Positions 28,929 to 39,470 of a stretch of 50,904 nt of DNA are shown here, piece by piece. Source of the DNA: Minisyncoccota bacterium (lineage in GTDB: Bacteria > Patescibacteriota > Patescibacteriia > Patescibacteriales > UBA12465); assembly GCA_021734405.1 (NCBI GenBank), contig JAIPJA010000004.1, positions 1 through 50,904 on the forward strand, in the 5' to 3' direction. A program made the translations under genes and the position numbers. Below the pieces are notes generated by a model that ran no database searches, was not told where the DNA came from, and saw only the letters and a list, made by a program, of their open reading frames with translations. The stretch's first letter is position 1. Each line of letters starts with the position of its first letter.

Positions 28929-28960
28929 AAAAAGCAGTTAATTTATATAACTGCTTTTTT
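28929..28960. terminator. Bidirectional terminator between rnhA and porB
   Basis: AAAAAGCAGTTA 28929-28940 / TAACTGCTTTTT 28948-28959, with A and T tracts on either side. Confidence 0.85.
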
Positions 28961-28975
28961 CTTTATAATATTTAT

Positions 28976-29869
28976 TTATAGTCCGTATCTTTCTATATTC
29001 TTATCAGCTAGTTTTTGAATTTCTTTAATTTGTTCTTTACCTTTTTTATCTTTAAATAAATGAGCAAACCTACCTTGGGGCTCTAAGTAATCTTTAACAG
29101 GTTTTTTGTTTTTACCTAAAACTGACTTGTTTACTAATACTCCATTTTCATATTCCAGAAGTGGATAAAGTCCGGTTTGAACCGCTAACTGTCCCATACT
29201 TAAACCCTCATCAGGTTTAATCTTCCAACCAGGAATGCAAGGTGAAAGTATTTGAATGTAAGCAGGTCCACTGTGAGAAATAGCCTTTTTAACCTTATTA
29301 GTTATATCACTGGGATAGCCAGCTGTGCTTTGAGCAACGTAGTTTAAGCCATGAGCTAGAGCAATAGCTATCATATCTTTTTTTACTTGACTTGAGCCAA
29401 GAGAGTTAGAACCAGCAGGAGTAGTAGTAGTGCTGGCTGATATGGGAGTAGCCCCTGAAGCTTGAATACCAGTATTGGAGTAAGCTTCAGTATCATAGGC
29501 GATATATAGTATATTTTCTCCTCTTTCCCACATGCCACTAACTAAACCAAAACCAATATCAAAAGTACCTCCATCACCACCTTGAGCAATAACTTTAGTT
29601 TTTTTATCACCTTTAGTATTTAAAGCTGCTCTAATTCCTGAAGCTACAGCTGCAGCATTTTCAAATAGAGAGTGTATCCAAGGCACGCCCCAAGCGGTTT
29701 CTGGATAGGGAGTAGTGGTTACCTCTAAACAACCTGTAGCATTGGCAATTATAATATCTCTGCTCATGCCAGAGGCAACAGCCATAGCAGCAATCATTTG
29801 ACCACAACCAGCACAGGCTCGATGGCCACTGCCTAGGATTGGTTTTTGTTTTTTAGTATTTTTTGTCAT
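28976..29869 (-). CDS. porB: Pyruvate:ferredoxin oxidoreductase beta subunit
   Basis: GHRACAGCG, ATGC, SLFEN, TPP motif GGDGGTFDIG, YSNTGIQ, SPC. Confidence 0.93.
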   Translation of the reverse strand: MTKNTKKQKPILGSGHRACAGCGQMIAAMAVASGMSRDIIIANATGCLEVTTTPYPETAWGVPWIHSLFENAAAVASGIRAALNTKGDKKTKVIAQGGDGGTFDIGFGLVSGMWERGENILYIAYDTEAYSNTGIQASGATPISASTTTTPAGSNSLGSSQVKKDMIAIALAHGLNYVAQSTAGYPSDITNKVKKAISHSGPAYIQILSPCIPGWKIKPDEGLSMGQLAVQTGLYPLLEYENGVLVNKSVLGKNKKPVKDYLEPQGRFAHLFKDKKGKEQIKEIQKLADKNIERYGL

Positions 29870-29900
29870 AATATTTTTTTTACAGCACTAAGAAATTTTG

Positions 29901-31148
29901 TTAAGGTGCTACATAATAACAGCAGGCTAAAGGTTCTTTACACATCCTGCCTGAGCCAAAAAAAATGTTTCCAATCTGATAGCTACTAACAAAATCATTA
30001 TACCAATGATTGTTCTTATCACAACCTTGAGAGTTTGTTTGCTCGCCATTGTTTAAAGCATAACATTTTGAACCTCCTTGGGCTCCACAGCTTTCACCCA
30101 TAGTTCCCTTACCAAAGAATGGTTTGCCACTATAGCAGTAGCAGTAATCAGAGCCTGAGTAATTATCACAAGCTTTACCGTCAGTTTTTTGTGCACAGTC
30201 AACTACAACTCCACTACATTCGCTTAGTCGCGAACAGTTAGCTCCTTGTTCAAACACTGGTCTGCTAGAAAGACCAGAGCCAATAATGTTAAAGCAGACA
30301 TCATTGTTAGTGGTTTGACAGCTAGAAGCGGAGTTTATATTACTTCCTACCAAATTTTGACAGTCTTGACAGACCTTTTCCATGAATTGGCAAGGTGGTC
30401 TACCTTCAGGACAACATTGTGTTTCACATGCTTGGTAAATAAGTTCGCTATAACTTAATCTGGGTATATAATATTTTTGTTGTTCACTGGCAGAAGTTGC
30501 TATTTTACAACAACCATTAGCTTCACAATGACTATAATCACTATTTGGGCCATAATTTTCTAACCATGCACCATTTTGAGCTTCACAGTCAGGTTGTGTC
30601 ATGTTTGAAGCAGTTTCACCTATTTGACAACAACCATAAACTATATTTGTTAATAAGATCGTTTCTATAGGCTTTAATTTAGTTAAGTCAGTATTTATAC
30701 TGTTTAATATGACATAAGCTCCTACAAGCAGGATTACGCCTAAAGTCGCCCCAGTTATATATGATTTAGCTTGGCTTATTTTATCTGGACTACCAGCAGA
30801 AGTTAGCCATATTACACCTCCCACAGCTATCATTACTACTGCTAAAGTAATACCAACCCCTATGGCATAGTCATAAATAGATATTATGTATTTTCCTAAT
30901 AAGTCGCTTGTAACTATCCATATTTCTGTAGGTATAATGCCAAAGGGGTCTTTTTCTGCCTCTTCTCCTAAATGTCCCGCAGGGACATTTTTTCCTTTTT
31001 CAAAATCTGATCCAGGAATAGTCACAGAGGGTTTAAATTCCACGCTATCAAAAGATGGCTCTGTTTGAGCTAGCGTGGTTTGAGGAAGGGCTACAAAGGG
31101 GCTAATGATTATTAATAAAAGAAAAATTTTTAAAAAAGTTTTTTTCAT
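29901..31148 (-). CDS. VirB2/TrbC-like pilin-domain protein with a Cys-rich C-terminal region
   Basis: Signal peptide ending TLA-Q; TM hairpin LAVVMIAVGG..WLTSAG....I..AK..I..A..G..L....Y.IL..IN; many CC/CxC motifs follow. Confidence 0.75.
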   Translation of the reverse strand: MKKTFLKIFLLLIIISPFVALPQTTLAQTEPSFDSVEFKPSVTIPGSDFEKGKNVPAGHLGEEAEKDPFGIIPTEIWIVTSDLLGKYIISIYDYAIGVGITLAVVMIAVGGVIWLTSAGSPDKISQAKSYITGATLGVILLVGAYVILNSINTDLTKLKPIETILLTNIVYGCCQIGETASNMTQPDCEAQNGAWLENYGPNSDYSHCEANGCCKIATSASEQQKYYIPRLSYSELIYQACETQCCPEGRPPCQFMEKVCQDCQNLVGSNINSASSCQTTNNDVCFNIIGSGLSSRPVFEQGANCSRLSECSGVVVDCAQKTDGKACDNYSGSDYCYCYSGKPFFGKGTMGESCGAQGGSKCYALNNGEQTNSQGCDKNNHWYNDFVSSYQIGNIFFGSGRMCKEPLACCYYVAP

Positions 31149-31149
31149 A

Positions 31150-32334
31150 TTAGCTTATAAAAATAGCTTTGTTAGTGTCTTGGCTATTTATGTTAATAAT
31201 TTTATTTATTTTCTTTTTAGTAATATCTCTACCTCCTAGCCCAGCGATGATGCTATAAATTTTAGCTGGAGTTTTTCCTTGCAGTGCGCTTTTTAGTTCA
31301 CTTGCCATTGGACCAACGTTGCCTAAACTAATAGCTTTTTCAATTACTATTATTTTCTTGGCGTTTTTAAGATTTTTTATAATTTGCTTGTAGGGAAAAG
31401 GTCTGATGACTTTTAACTTTAAAACAGCCACCTCTTTATTTTCATCTACCACTTCCTTTATAGTCCCTACTACTGAGCCCATAGCTACAATTACAGTCTT
31501 AGCCTTCTTTTTACCATAATACTCTATTAGGGCACTACTATCTTTAGTAGCAATATCTTTGCCTAAGGTTTTTTGTAGTTTTTTGTATTCTTTTTCAATT
31601 AAGTCTATTGAATTTGAGAGGTCGTCTTGTAGAGATTGTCTAATTTCTTGGTAATAGGCGGGTCTAGCAAAAGATCCCATGGTCATAGGCTCTTTAGGGT
31701 TTAAATATGAGCCTTTTGTAGGGCTGTATTTAGGTAAGTATTTTTTTATCTGGGCTTTAGTAGGAATAATTACTGGTTCATAGGAATGAGTTAAAATAAA
31801 GCCATCAATATTTACCATAGCTGGGATATTTAAGGTTTCAGCTAGTTTGTAGGCTAGTAAATGTTGAGCTACAGCTTCTTGATGATTTTCAGCAAAAAAC
31901 ATTAACCAACCAGCATCCCTGACAGTCATAGCATCTTGATGGTCATTCCAAATAGTTATGGGGCTAGAAACACCTCTATTAGCTATAGTTAAAACTATTG
32001 GCAGTCTTAGCCCAGCCATATTAAAAATTACTTCAGTCATAAGCAGTAGTCCTTGAGAACTAGTAGCGCTATAGGTTCTAACGCCAGTAGCACTAGCTCC
32101 AACTACAATTGAAGCAGCCGCAAACTCACTCTCAGCTCTGACGTATTCATAACTAGCTTTACCATCAGCTTTAAACTTAGCCAAGTCTTCTACGATATGA
32201 GTTTGAGGCGTAATAGGGTAAGCTGAAACTACATCTGGCTCAATATTAGCCACTGTTAAAGCGACTGCTCTAGAACCTTCTAAAATATTAGAGCCTTTAG
32301 GTATTTTTATTTTTTTCTTGTTATTATTTTTCAT
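31150..32334 (-). CDS. porA: Pyruvate:ferredoxin oxidoreductase alpha subunit
   Basis: AYPITPQT, ESEFAA, ATSSQGL, IWNDHQD, DGFILTH, GLGGRD. Confidence 0.95.
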   Translation of the reverse strand: MKNNNKKKIKIPKGSNILEGSRAVALTVANIEPDVVSAYPITPQTHIVEDLAKFKADGKASYEYVRAESEFAAASIVVGASATGVRTYSATSSQGLLLMTEVIFNMAGLRLPIVLTIANRGVSSPITIWNDHQDAMTVRDAGWLMFFAENHQEAVAQHLLAYKLAETLNIPAMVNIDGFILTHSYEPVIIPTKAQIKKYLPKYSPTKGSYLNPKEPMTMGSFARPAYYQEIRQSLQDDLSNSIDLIEKEYKKLQKTLGKDIATKDSSALIEYYGKKKAKTVIVAMGSVVGTIKEVVDENKEVAVLKLKVIRPFPYKQIIKNLKNAKKIIVIEKAISLGNVGPMASELKSALQGKTPAKIYSIIAGLGGRDITKKKINKIININSQDTNKAIFIS

Positions 32335-32614
32335 CTCTTTTCATAATTATGGCTTTAACTGGGCAATGCTTAGCGCAGACTGCACAGCCTTTGCAATAGT
32401 CATAGTTAACCTCAGCCTTATCTTGGCCCTTTATTTTTTTCATAGAAATAGCTCTTTCCGGACAAATTTGACTACATAACTTACAGCCAATACATTTATT
32501 TTTATCTATTTCCGGTTTAAAAGTACGCCAAGAACCAGTCAAATTTCTATCAGTTGTGCCTGGTTGAGCATTTATATCTAAGTTGTTTTTTTTCTGTTTT
32601 TTCTTATTTATCAT
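32324..32614 (-). CDS. porD: Pyruvate:ferredoxin oxidoreductase delta subunit (2x[4Fe-4S])
   Basis: TGSWRT.KP, CIGCKLCSQICP, YCKGCAVCAKHCP. Confidence 0.93.
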   Translation of the reverse strand: MINKKKQKKNNLDINAQPGTTDRNLTGSWRTFKPEIDKNKCIGCKLCSQICPERAISMKKIKGQDKAEVNYDYCKGCAVCAKHCPVKAIIMKRDEK

Positions 32615-33161
32615 AAGCTATACTTACTGCTTTTAAATTCTTTTTTACTATTTCCTGATTTTTTTCAGAAAACTTTTCTGAAATAGCCTGTTTTAGTCCT
32701 TTTAAAGTAATAATTTCAGTTTGTTTAGCTAAAGCGCCTAAAATAACAGTATTGGCTAAGTTTTTTCCTAAAATCTTTAAAGCAATGCCAGTAGCGTCTA
32801 TAGTTAAAAGACTATTTTGCTTATTTTTTAAATTAGGATATTTTTTAATAATCTCCTGTGGGTTTAAAGTGGTATTTATTAGTATCTTGGTGTTATTGTT
32901 TACACCACTTTTAACTGCTTCTGAACCTAAAAGACTAGCATCTAAAATTATTACTATATCAGGATTATATATTTGTTCCCGGGTGCGAATAAAGTTAGTA
33001 TCTATTCTAGCAAAAGCTTCAATAGGAGCTCCAGTCCTCTCTACGCCAAAAGAAGGGAAGGCTTGAGAAAAAAAACCATCTTTAAAAGCGCTAATAGCAA
33101 TTATTTCTGAGGCCGTAACTACTCCTTGCCCGCCTCGACCATGTACGCGTATTTCTTTCAT
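32604..33161 (-). CDS. porC: Pyruvate:ferredoxin oxidoreductase gamma subunit
   Basis: EIRVHGRGGQGVVTA, AFPSFGVERTGAP, NTVILGA. Confidence 0.94.
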   Translation of the reverse strand: MKEIRVHGRGGQGVVTASEIIAISAFKDGFFSQAFPSFGVERTGAPIEAFARIDTNFIRTREQIYNPDIVIILDASLLGSEAVKSGVNNNTKILINTTLNPQEIIKKYPNLKNKQNSLLTIDATGIALKILGKNLANTVILGALAKQTEIITLKGLKQAISEKFSEKNQEIVKKNLKAVSIAYDK

Positions 33162-33194
33162 TATATTATTTATTGATTTATCTAATTGTTTATA

Positions 33195-33902
33195 TTAGTT
33201 TTGATTTTTCAAGTTCTCTAACATAGACTCTACAGTAGCTTCAAAACTTTCTTTAGGCATTAGGCCAGAAGCCTTGTACTCTTGAAAGAAATAAGTGGGG
33301 GTGGCTTTTATATCTAAAATAGCTGCATCTTCTATATCTTTTTGTATTTCATTTAAATATCTTTGCTCTTCTAAGCAAGTTGAAAATTGTTCTCTGTCTA
33401 CTCCAATAGACTCAGCCATATCTGGCAACTCCGTTAACTCAAAGACACCTTGGTTTTTATACATTATCTCAGCCATTAACCAAAACCTGCCTTGTTCTCC
33501 AGCGCATCGGGCTGCTAAAGCTAAAGTAGGCGACTCTTGACTGATAAAAGGAAAATCACGATGAATAATGCGTATATTATTAGGATATTTTTGATAAATT
33601 TCTTTCATAACATAATAGCCTTCTTTGCAATAAGGGCAGTTGAAATCTTCAAATACTACTAAAGTTAAAGGTGCATCCTTTTTACCTAAAGAGTATTTAA
33701 CCTCCCCTTGACGTAAAAGGGTGGGATCATAAATTTCACCAGAACGAGCATAAAACTCCCCTTTTCCAGAGAGTATTTTTTGTCGGGCTTGATTATAGTA
33801 TAATAGGGAGGAAATAGCTACAATTAAAAAAAGAAGTATAAAAACAATAATTAATAGGCCCCACCATTTTTGGTACCAACGTCGGCTATAGTATGATTTC
33901 AT
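33195..33902 (-). CDS. Membrane-anchored DsbA/BdbD-like thiol-disulfide oxidoreductase
   Basis: N-terminal TM, FEDFNCPYC, RDFP, AARCAGEQG, cis-Pro motif ATPT. Confidence 0.9.
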   Translation of the reverse strand: MKSYYSRRWYQKWWGLLIIVFILLFLIVAISSLLYYNQARQKILSGKGEFYARSGEIYDPTLLRQGEVKYSLGKKDAPLTLVVFEDFNCPYCKEGYYVMKEIYQKYPNNIRIIHRDFPFISQESPTLALAARCAGEQGRFWLMAEIMYKNQGVFELTELPDMAESIGVDREQFSTCLEEQRYLNEIQKDIEDAAILDIKATPTYFFQEYKASGLMPKESFEATVESMLENLKNQN

Positions 33903-34009
33903 AATTTTTACTATTTCAAATTTATGTTAAAATAGAATTATCTTCTATATTATATAAGGTGTTTATATAGAATATTATAGCATAAAAAATTGATAAGCAA
34001 AATTAAAAC

Positions 34010-34783
34010 ATGAAAATAATTTCTTGGAATATTAATGGCATTAGAGCAGTTTTAAAAAAGGGTTTTTTGGATTTTTTAAAAACAGAATTGCCTGATATTT
34101 GTGGCATTCAAGAAATAAAAATATCAGAGACTGCTAGAGCTACAGAAAAGTTGGACTTTCCTGGTTATAGAGAATACTTTAATAGTGCTAAAAGACCAGG
34201 CTATAGTGGCACAGCTATTTTAATTAAAGAAAATTTAGTTAAAGAAGTAGTGAGTATAAAAAGTGGTTTTGGTAAGGAAGAATTTGATTTGGAAGGTAGA
34301 GTACAAATATTAGAACTTAAAAACTATTATCTTTTAAACATTTATTTTCCTAATGCCAATCACGAATTATCTAGGTTAGACTATAAGAGGGAGTTTAATG
34401 ATTATATTTTAACTAATGTAAAAAAATTAGAGACAAAAAAACCCGTTATAGTTATGGGAGATTTTAATGTAGCTTTTTCTGAAATAGATTTAGCCAGACC
34501 TAAAGAAAATATAGGCAACCCTGGTTTTACTTTTGAGGAAAGAGAAGATATGGGCAGGTTTTTAGGTTCAGGTTTAAAAGACACTTTTAGAGAAGTAAAT
34601 GGTGATAAAATACAGTATTCTTGGTGGAGCTATAGAGCTATGGCTAGAGTTAGAAGTGTGGGTTGGCGTATTGATTATTTACTAGTTTCTGCTAAATTAT
34701 TAAAATCAGTAGAACAAGCCCTTATTTTAGATAAAGTCATGGGTTCAGATCATTGTCCTGTGGGTATTACTATTAAAGATTAA
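34010..34783 (+). CDS. xth: Exodeoxyribonuclease III / AP endonuclease
   Basis: SWNING.RA, QEIK, GYSG, YFPN, GDFN, WWSYR, GWRIDY, GSDHCP. Confidence 0.96.
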   Translation: MKIISWNINGIRAVLKKGFLDFLKTELPDICGIQEIKISETARATEKLDFPGYREYFNSAKRPGYSGTAILIKENLVKEVVSIKSGFGKEEFDLEGRVQILELKNYYLLNIYFPNANHELSRLDYKREFNDYILTNVKKLETKKPVIVMGDFNVAFSEIDLARPKENIGNPGFTFEEREDMGRFLGSGLKDTFREVNGDKIQYSWWSYRAMARVRSVGWRIDYLLVSAKLLKSVEQALILDKVMGSDHCPVGITIKD

Positions 34784-34788
34784 AAAAT

Positions 34789-37227
34789 ATGGGAAATTAT
34801 AAATATAATCCTAAGGAAATAGAGCCAAAATGGCAACAGTGTTGGGAAAAGCATCAATCTTTTAAAGCTGAAGATAATTCTTTAAAAGAAAAAAAGTTTA
34901 TTTTAGTAGAGTTTCCTTATCCTTCAGGAGCCGGGCTTCATGTTGGTCATGTCCGTTCTTATACAGCTTTAGATGTTTATTCTCGTTTGTTAAGACTTCA
35001 AGGTTTTAATGTTTTATACCCTATGGGCTGGGATGCTTTTGGTTTGCCTACAGAAAATTATGCTATAAAACATAAAATTAAACCCCAACAAGCTACTAAA
35101 GACAATATAGAAAAGTTTAAAAAACAACTAAAAAGTTTAGGATTGTCTTATGATTGGTCTAGAGAAATAAATACAACTTCTCCTAGTTATTATAAATGGA
35201 CACAATGGATATTTTTACAGTTATATAAAAAAGGTTTAGCCTATAAACACAAAATGCCTATAAACTGGTGTCCTAGTTGTAAAACAGGTCTAGCTAATGA
35301 AGAGGTAATAGATGGTAAATGTGAGCGTTGTGGAGCTCAGACAGAAAAAAAAGAAAAAGAACAATGGATGCTTAAAATAACTGAATATGCTGATCGGTTA
35401 ATTGAAGATTTGGAAACGGTTGATTTTTTAGAAAAAATAAAGATGCAACAAATTAATTGGATAGGTAGAAGTGAGGGAGCCGAAATTACTTTTAATATAG
35501 AAGACAAAGAAGTTAAGGTGTTTACTACTCGTCCTGATACTATCTTTGGTGCTACTTATTTAGTTTTAGCTCCAGAGCATGAATTAGTGTCTGAAATTGT
35601 GTCAAAAGAGCAAAAACCAGCAGTTGAAGATTATCTAGACTTAGCTAGAAAAAAATCTGATTTAGAAAGAACTCAGTTACAAAAAGACAAGACAGGAGTT
35701 TTTACCGGTGCTTATGCTGTAAATCCTGCCACTAAAGAAAAAATTCCAGTTTGGGTGGCTGACTATGTTTTAGCTAGTTATGGTTTTGGCGCCATTATGT
35801 CAGTACCTGCTCATGATGACAGAGATTTTGACTTTGCTAAAAAATATAATTTAGCCATAAAAGAAGTGGTTAAAGACTTGAAAGATAGTCAAAAACAAGA
35901 TGATGATTTGGATAGTACTTTTACTGGTGAAGGAGAGGTAATAAATTCTGACTTTTTAACTGGACTTACAACTTCTCAAGCTAAAGCTAAGATTATCACT
36001 TGGTTAGAAGAAAATAATTTAGGTAAAAAAACTGTTAATTACAAGTTAAGAGATTGGATTTTTTCTCGTCAACATTATTGGGGCGAACCTATTCCTATTG
36101 TTTATTGTAAAAAATGTGGGGAAGTGCCAGTACCAGAAGAAAATTTACCTATAACTCTACCAGAAGTAGAAAATTATGAACCCACTGATACTGGCGAGTC
36201 TCCTTTGGCTAAAATTGCAAGCTTTGTAAATACTGTTTGCCCTAAATGTCAGGGTGAAGCTAAAAGAGAAACTGACACCATGCCTAATTGGGCTGGTTCT
36301 AGCTGGTATTGGCTTCGATATACTGACCCTCAAAATGATAGGTCTTTAGCCTCAAAAGAGAAAATGAATTATTGGTTGCCAGTGGATTTGTATAACGGGG
36401 GCATGGAGCATACCACTTTGCATTTACTTTATTCTCGTTTTTGGAATAAGTTTCTATATGATATTGGTATTGTGCCTAGTTTAGAGCCGTATAAGAAAAG
36501 AATTTCTCACGGTATGATTTTGGCTGAAGATGGTAGAAAAATGAGTAAATCTTTCGGTAATGTTATAAACCCTGATGATATGGTGGAAAAATACGGAGCT
36601 GATTCTTTAAGATTATTTGAAATGTTTGTGGGGCCTTTTTCTGAAACTATACCTTGGAGCGAACAGGGTTTGTCTGGTTGTCGTAAATTTTTAGATAAAG
36701 TTTTTAATTATTTTTATGATTTTAGAGAAACAGCCTTTAGTGAAAGTGATCTTAGCGAGGAGCTTTTAACTTTACTGCAAAAAACTGTTAAAAAGGTGGG
36801 AGAGGATATTAAGGCTTTTAAATTTAATACAGCAGTTTCTGCTCTTATGATTCTTTTCAATGAGTTAAAACAAGGAGATAATTGGTATTTTTATAGCTTA
36901 AAGGATATGAAGAAAATTGCTATTATTTTATATCCTTTAGCTCCTCACTTAGCTTCGGAAGTATGGTCTTTTATGGAAAAAGATAACAAATTAGAAAAAG
37001 TAGCTTGGCCCCAATATGATGACAAGCTAATAGCCCAGGAAAAGATAAATTTAATTGTTCAAGTTAATGGAAAACTTAGAGCTACACTCACAGTAGAAGG
37101 TGATATAGAGGAGTCACAAGCTAAACAATTAGCTCTAAAAGAAGAGGCAGTTAAAAGGCAATTAGAAGGTAAGGAAATTAAAAAAGTTATTTTTGTACCA
37201 GGACGTCTGATTAATTTTGTAGTTTAA
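34789..37227 (+). CDS. leuS: Leucine--tRNA ligase
   Basis: FPYPSGAGLHVGH, FTTRPDT, VPAHD.RD, KMSKS, VQVNGKLR. Confidence 0.98.
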   Translation: MGNYKYNPKEIEPKWQQCWEKHQSFKAEDNSLKEKKFILVEFPYPSGAGLHVGHVRSYTALDVYSRLLRLQGFNVLYPMGWDAFGLPTENYAIKHKIKPQQATKDNIEKFKKQLKSLGLSYDWSREINTTSPSYYKWTQWIFLQLYKKGLAYKHKMPINWCPSCKTGLANEEVIDGKCERCGAQTEKKEKEQWMLKITEYADRLIEDLETVDFLEKIKMQQINWIGRSEGAEITFNIEDKEVKVFTTRPDTIFGATYLVLAPEHELVSEIVSKEQKPAVEDYLDLARKKSDLERTQLQKDKTGVFTGAYAVNPATKEKIPVWVADYVLASYGFGAIMSVPAHDDRDFDFAKKYNLAIKEVVKDLKDSQKQDDDLDSTFTGEGEVINSDFLTGLTTSQAKAKIITWLEENNLGKKTVNYKLRDWIFSRQHYWGEPIPIVYCKKCGEVPVPEENLPITLPEVENYEPTDTGESPLAKIASFVNTVCPKCQGEAKRETDTMPNWAGSSWYWLRYTDPQNDRSLASKEKMNYWLPVDLYNGGMEHTTLHLLYSRFWNKFLYDIGIVPSLEPYKKRISHGMILAEDGRKMSKSFGNVINPDDMVEKYGADSLRLFEMFVGPFSETIPWSEQGLSGCRKFLDKVFNYFYDFRETAFSESDLSEELLTLLQKTVKKVGEDIKAFKFNTAVSALMILFNELKQGDNWYFYSLKDMKKIAIILYPLAPHLASEVWSFMEKDNKLEKVAWPQYDDKLIAQEKINLIVQVNGKLRATLTVEGDIEESQAKQLALKEEAVKRQLEGKEIKKVIFVPGRLINFVV

Positions 37228-37337
37228 TTTATAGTTATATAAGCAAAGAAATTAGAGCTTAATGATTTAATTTTTAGTTAAGCTTTATTAATGTTATAGT
37301 GATAGGTAAATAATAGTTCAGAAATAATTTATAACTT

Positions 37338-38588
37338 ATGAAATACTTTTCCTCTAAGCTGTCAGCCGGCTTTGTTGCTATTTATTCAGGTAGAATGATT
37401 TTAACTGTCAGTGGGCAGTTGTTCGGGTTATTTTTACCGATTTTTTTATATCAATTATTTGGTTTTAATTTGATTTGGGTTTTAGCCTATTATTTTTTAC
37501 GTGATGGTGCCTATTTTTTATCCCTACCTTTTGGTTGTCGTTTTTTTATGAACCGTTTAGGGCTGAGAGATTCTTTGAGATTGGCTGTGGTTCTAGGTAG
37601 CGTTTTTTATTTGTGTTTTTATATTATCCAAGAAATGTTTGGTTTGACTCAGCCTAGTTTTGAAGGAGCTATTTGGATAATGTCTATTTTAGGAGTTAAT
37701 TTAATAATTTTAACCTTATTTAGATTAAATTATTGGGTGCCACTGCATACTGATATTACTAAGTTTACTAATAAAAGAGATAGAGCCAAACAACTTAGTT
37801 TAATGGCTATTACGCAAGTAGTTTTAGGAGCCTCTATGCCACTTTTAGCTGGTTGGATTTTAAATTATTATAATTATGGTGTTTTATTTCTACTAGGCAC
37901 TTTAATATATCTTTTAGCTTTAATTCCTTTTGCTAAATTACCCGAAGTAGCTGAAACTTTTTCTTGGAGTTATGGCCAAACTTTTAAAGAGTTCGTTTCT
38001 TCTAAAAGACAAAAAATGATTAGCGCCTATGTTGGTGATGGAGCAGAAAGTATAGTAGGTTTAGTTATTTGGCCTATATTTATTTGGGAGTTATTAGAAG
38101 GTAATTATTTTGAAGTCGGAGTTATATCTTCTTTAATAGTGGTGGTTACAGTAGTTTTACAGTTTGTGGCAGGAAAGTATATTGACAAAGGAGATAAAGG
38201 AAAAATGTTAAAATATGGATCGGGGTTGTATGCTATAGGGTGGATTTTTAAGATATTTATAACTACAGCTTTTCAAATCTTTATAGCCTCAACCTATCAT
38301 AATTTAGTTAGAGTTTTTGCTCGTACTTCTTTCGATACCTTAAATTATGAAATGGCCGCAGATCAAGGGCATTATGTTGACGAATATACTGTGCTTCGAG
38401 AAATGGCTGTTTCTCTAGGCAGAATGCTGATGAGTCTTTTAGTGGCTTTTTTGATTTTAAACTTTAACTTAGAATGGTCCTTTATCTTAGCTGCTTTAGC
38501 CGCTTTAACTATGAATTTTTTAGCTGGAGTAGGCGATGCTGAGGAAGAAAAAAGAATTAGTAAAAAACTTGATTTAAAGATAAAATAA
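37338..38588 (+). CDS. MFS-type transporter
   Basis: 416 aa with about 12 hydrophobic helices in two halves. Confidence 0.75.
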   Translation: MKYFSSKLSAGFVAIYSGRMILTVSGQLFGLFLPIFLYQLFGFNLIWVLAYYFLRDGAYFLSLPFGCRFFMNRLGLRDSLRLAVVLGSVFYLCFYIIQEMFGLTQPSFEGAIWIMSILGVNLIILTLFRLNYWVPLHTDITKFTNKRDRAKQLSLMAITQVVLGASMPLLAGWILNYYNYGVLFLLGTLIYLLALIPFAKLPEVAETFSWSYGQTFKEFVSSKRQKMISAYVGDGAESIVGLVIWPIFIWELLEGNYFEVGVISSLIVVVTVVLQFVAGKYIDKGDKGKMLKYGSGLYAIGWIFKIFITTAFQIFIASTYHNLVRVFARTSFDTLNYEMAADQGHYVDEYTVLREMAVSLGRMLMSLLVAFLILNFNLEWSFILAALAALTMNFLAGVGDAEEEKRISKKLDLKIK

Positions 38589-38598
38589 AAGTTTTTCT

Positions 38599-39444
38599 AT
38601 GATAGATTTACTTAAAACTACTAGACATTTATGTTCAGTCTATAATTTAGAGCCTAAAAAAAAGCATGGACAGAATTTTTTAATTTCAGAAACAGCTTAT
38701 GAGCATATTTTAAAAGCAGCTAATTTAAATAGTAAAGATATTGTTTTAGAAGTAGGGCCAGGCTTAGGTTTTTTAACCGCTAAACTTTCTGAGTTGGTAA
38801 AAAAAGTAATAAGCGTAGAGATAGATTCCAGTTTAGCTGAAGTTTTAGAAACCGCTACTAAATCTTTAAAAAACAATAATATTGAAATTGTGCGTGGTAA
38901 TATCTTAGATTTTACAGAAACAGATTTATCTAAAGGGTATAAGGTGGTGGCTAACTTACCATATAACATTACCTCAATATTTTTAAGAAAATTTTTGTCT
39001 TCCTCTAATTCACCTCAAAGCTTAACTTTAATGTTACAAAAAGAAGTAGTAGAGAGAATTTTAGCTAGTGCTGGTAGCCATAGCTTGCTTTCACTTTCAG
39101 TTCAATACTATAGCCAGCCACAACTTATTACTTATGTTCCTAAAGAAAGTTTTTGGCCTCAACCTGAGGTAGATAGCGCTGTTATATATATAGAAGTAAA
39201 GAATAAAAAACAATTACCTTTTAAAGAAAAAGAAGAAAAACTTTTTTTTCGTTTACTTAAATTCGGTTTTAGCGCTAAAAGAAAAAAATTAAAAAATAAT
39301 TTAGCTGGAGCTTTGCGTTTAGAAACAGAAATCATTGTTAAGGAATTAAAAACTCTAGGAATAACAGATTCTGTTAGGGCTCAAGAGTTGAGCCTAGAGG
39401 ATTGGTTAAAATTGTTTGCCCGCTTAAAGCCCTATATGCTATAA
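38599..39444 (+). CDS. rsmA: 16S rRNA adenine dimethyltransferase
   Basis: GQNFL, LEVGPGLG, VANLPYNIT, MLQKEV, P.P.VDS, RAQELS. Confidence 0.96.
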   Translation: MIDLLKTTRHLCSVYNLEPKKKHGQNFLISETAYEHILKAANLNSKDIVLEVGPGLGFLTAKLSELVKKVISVEIDSSLAEVLETATKSLKNNNIEIVRGNILDFTETDLSKGYKVVANLPYNITSIFLRKFLSSSNSPQSLTLMLQKEVVERILASAGSHSLLSLSVQYYSQPQLITYVPKESFWPQPEVDSAVIYIEVKNKKQLPFKEKEEKLFFRLLKFGFSAKRKKLKNNLAGALRLETEIIVKELKTLGITDSVRAQELSLEDWLKLFARLKPYML

Positions 39445-39445
39445 T
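39416..39445 (+). promoter_or_regulatory. Promoter for the surface-protein pair, inside the rsmA 3' end
   Basis: TTGCCC 39416-39421, 18 bp spacer, extended -10 TG-C-TATAAT (39440-39445). Confidence 0.5.
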
Positions 39446-39470
39446 ATTGTATATTATAATAACAGACTAA

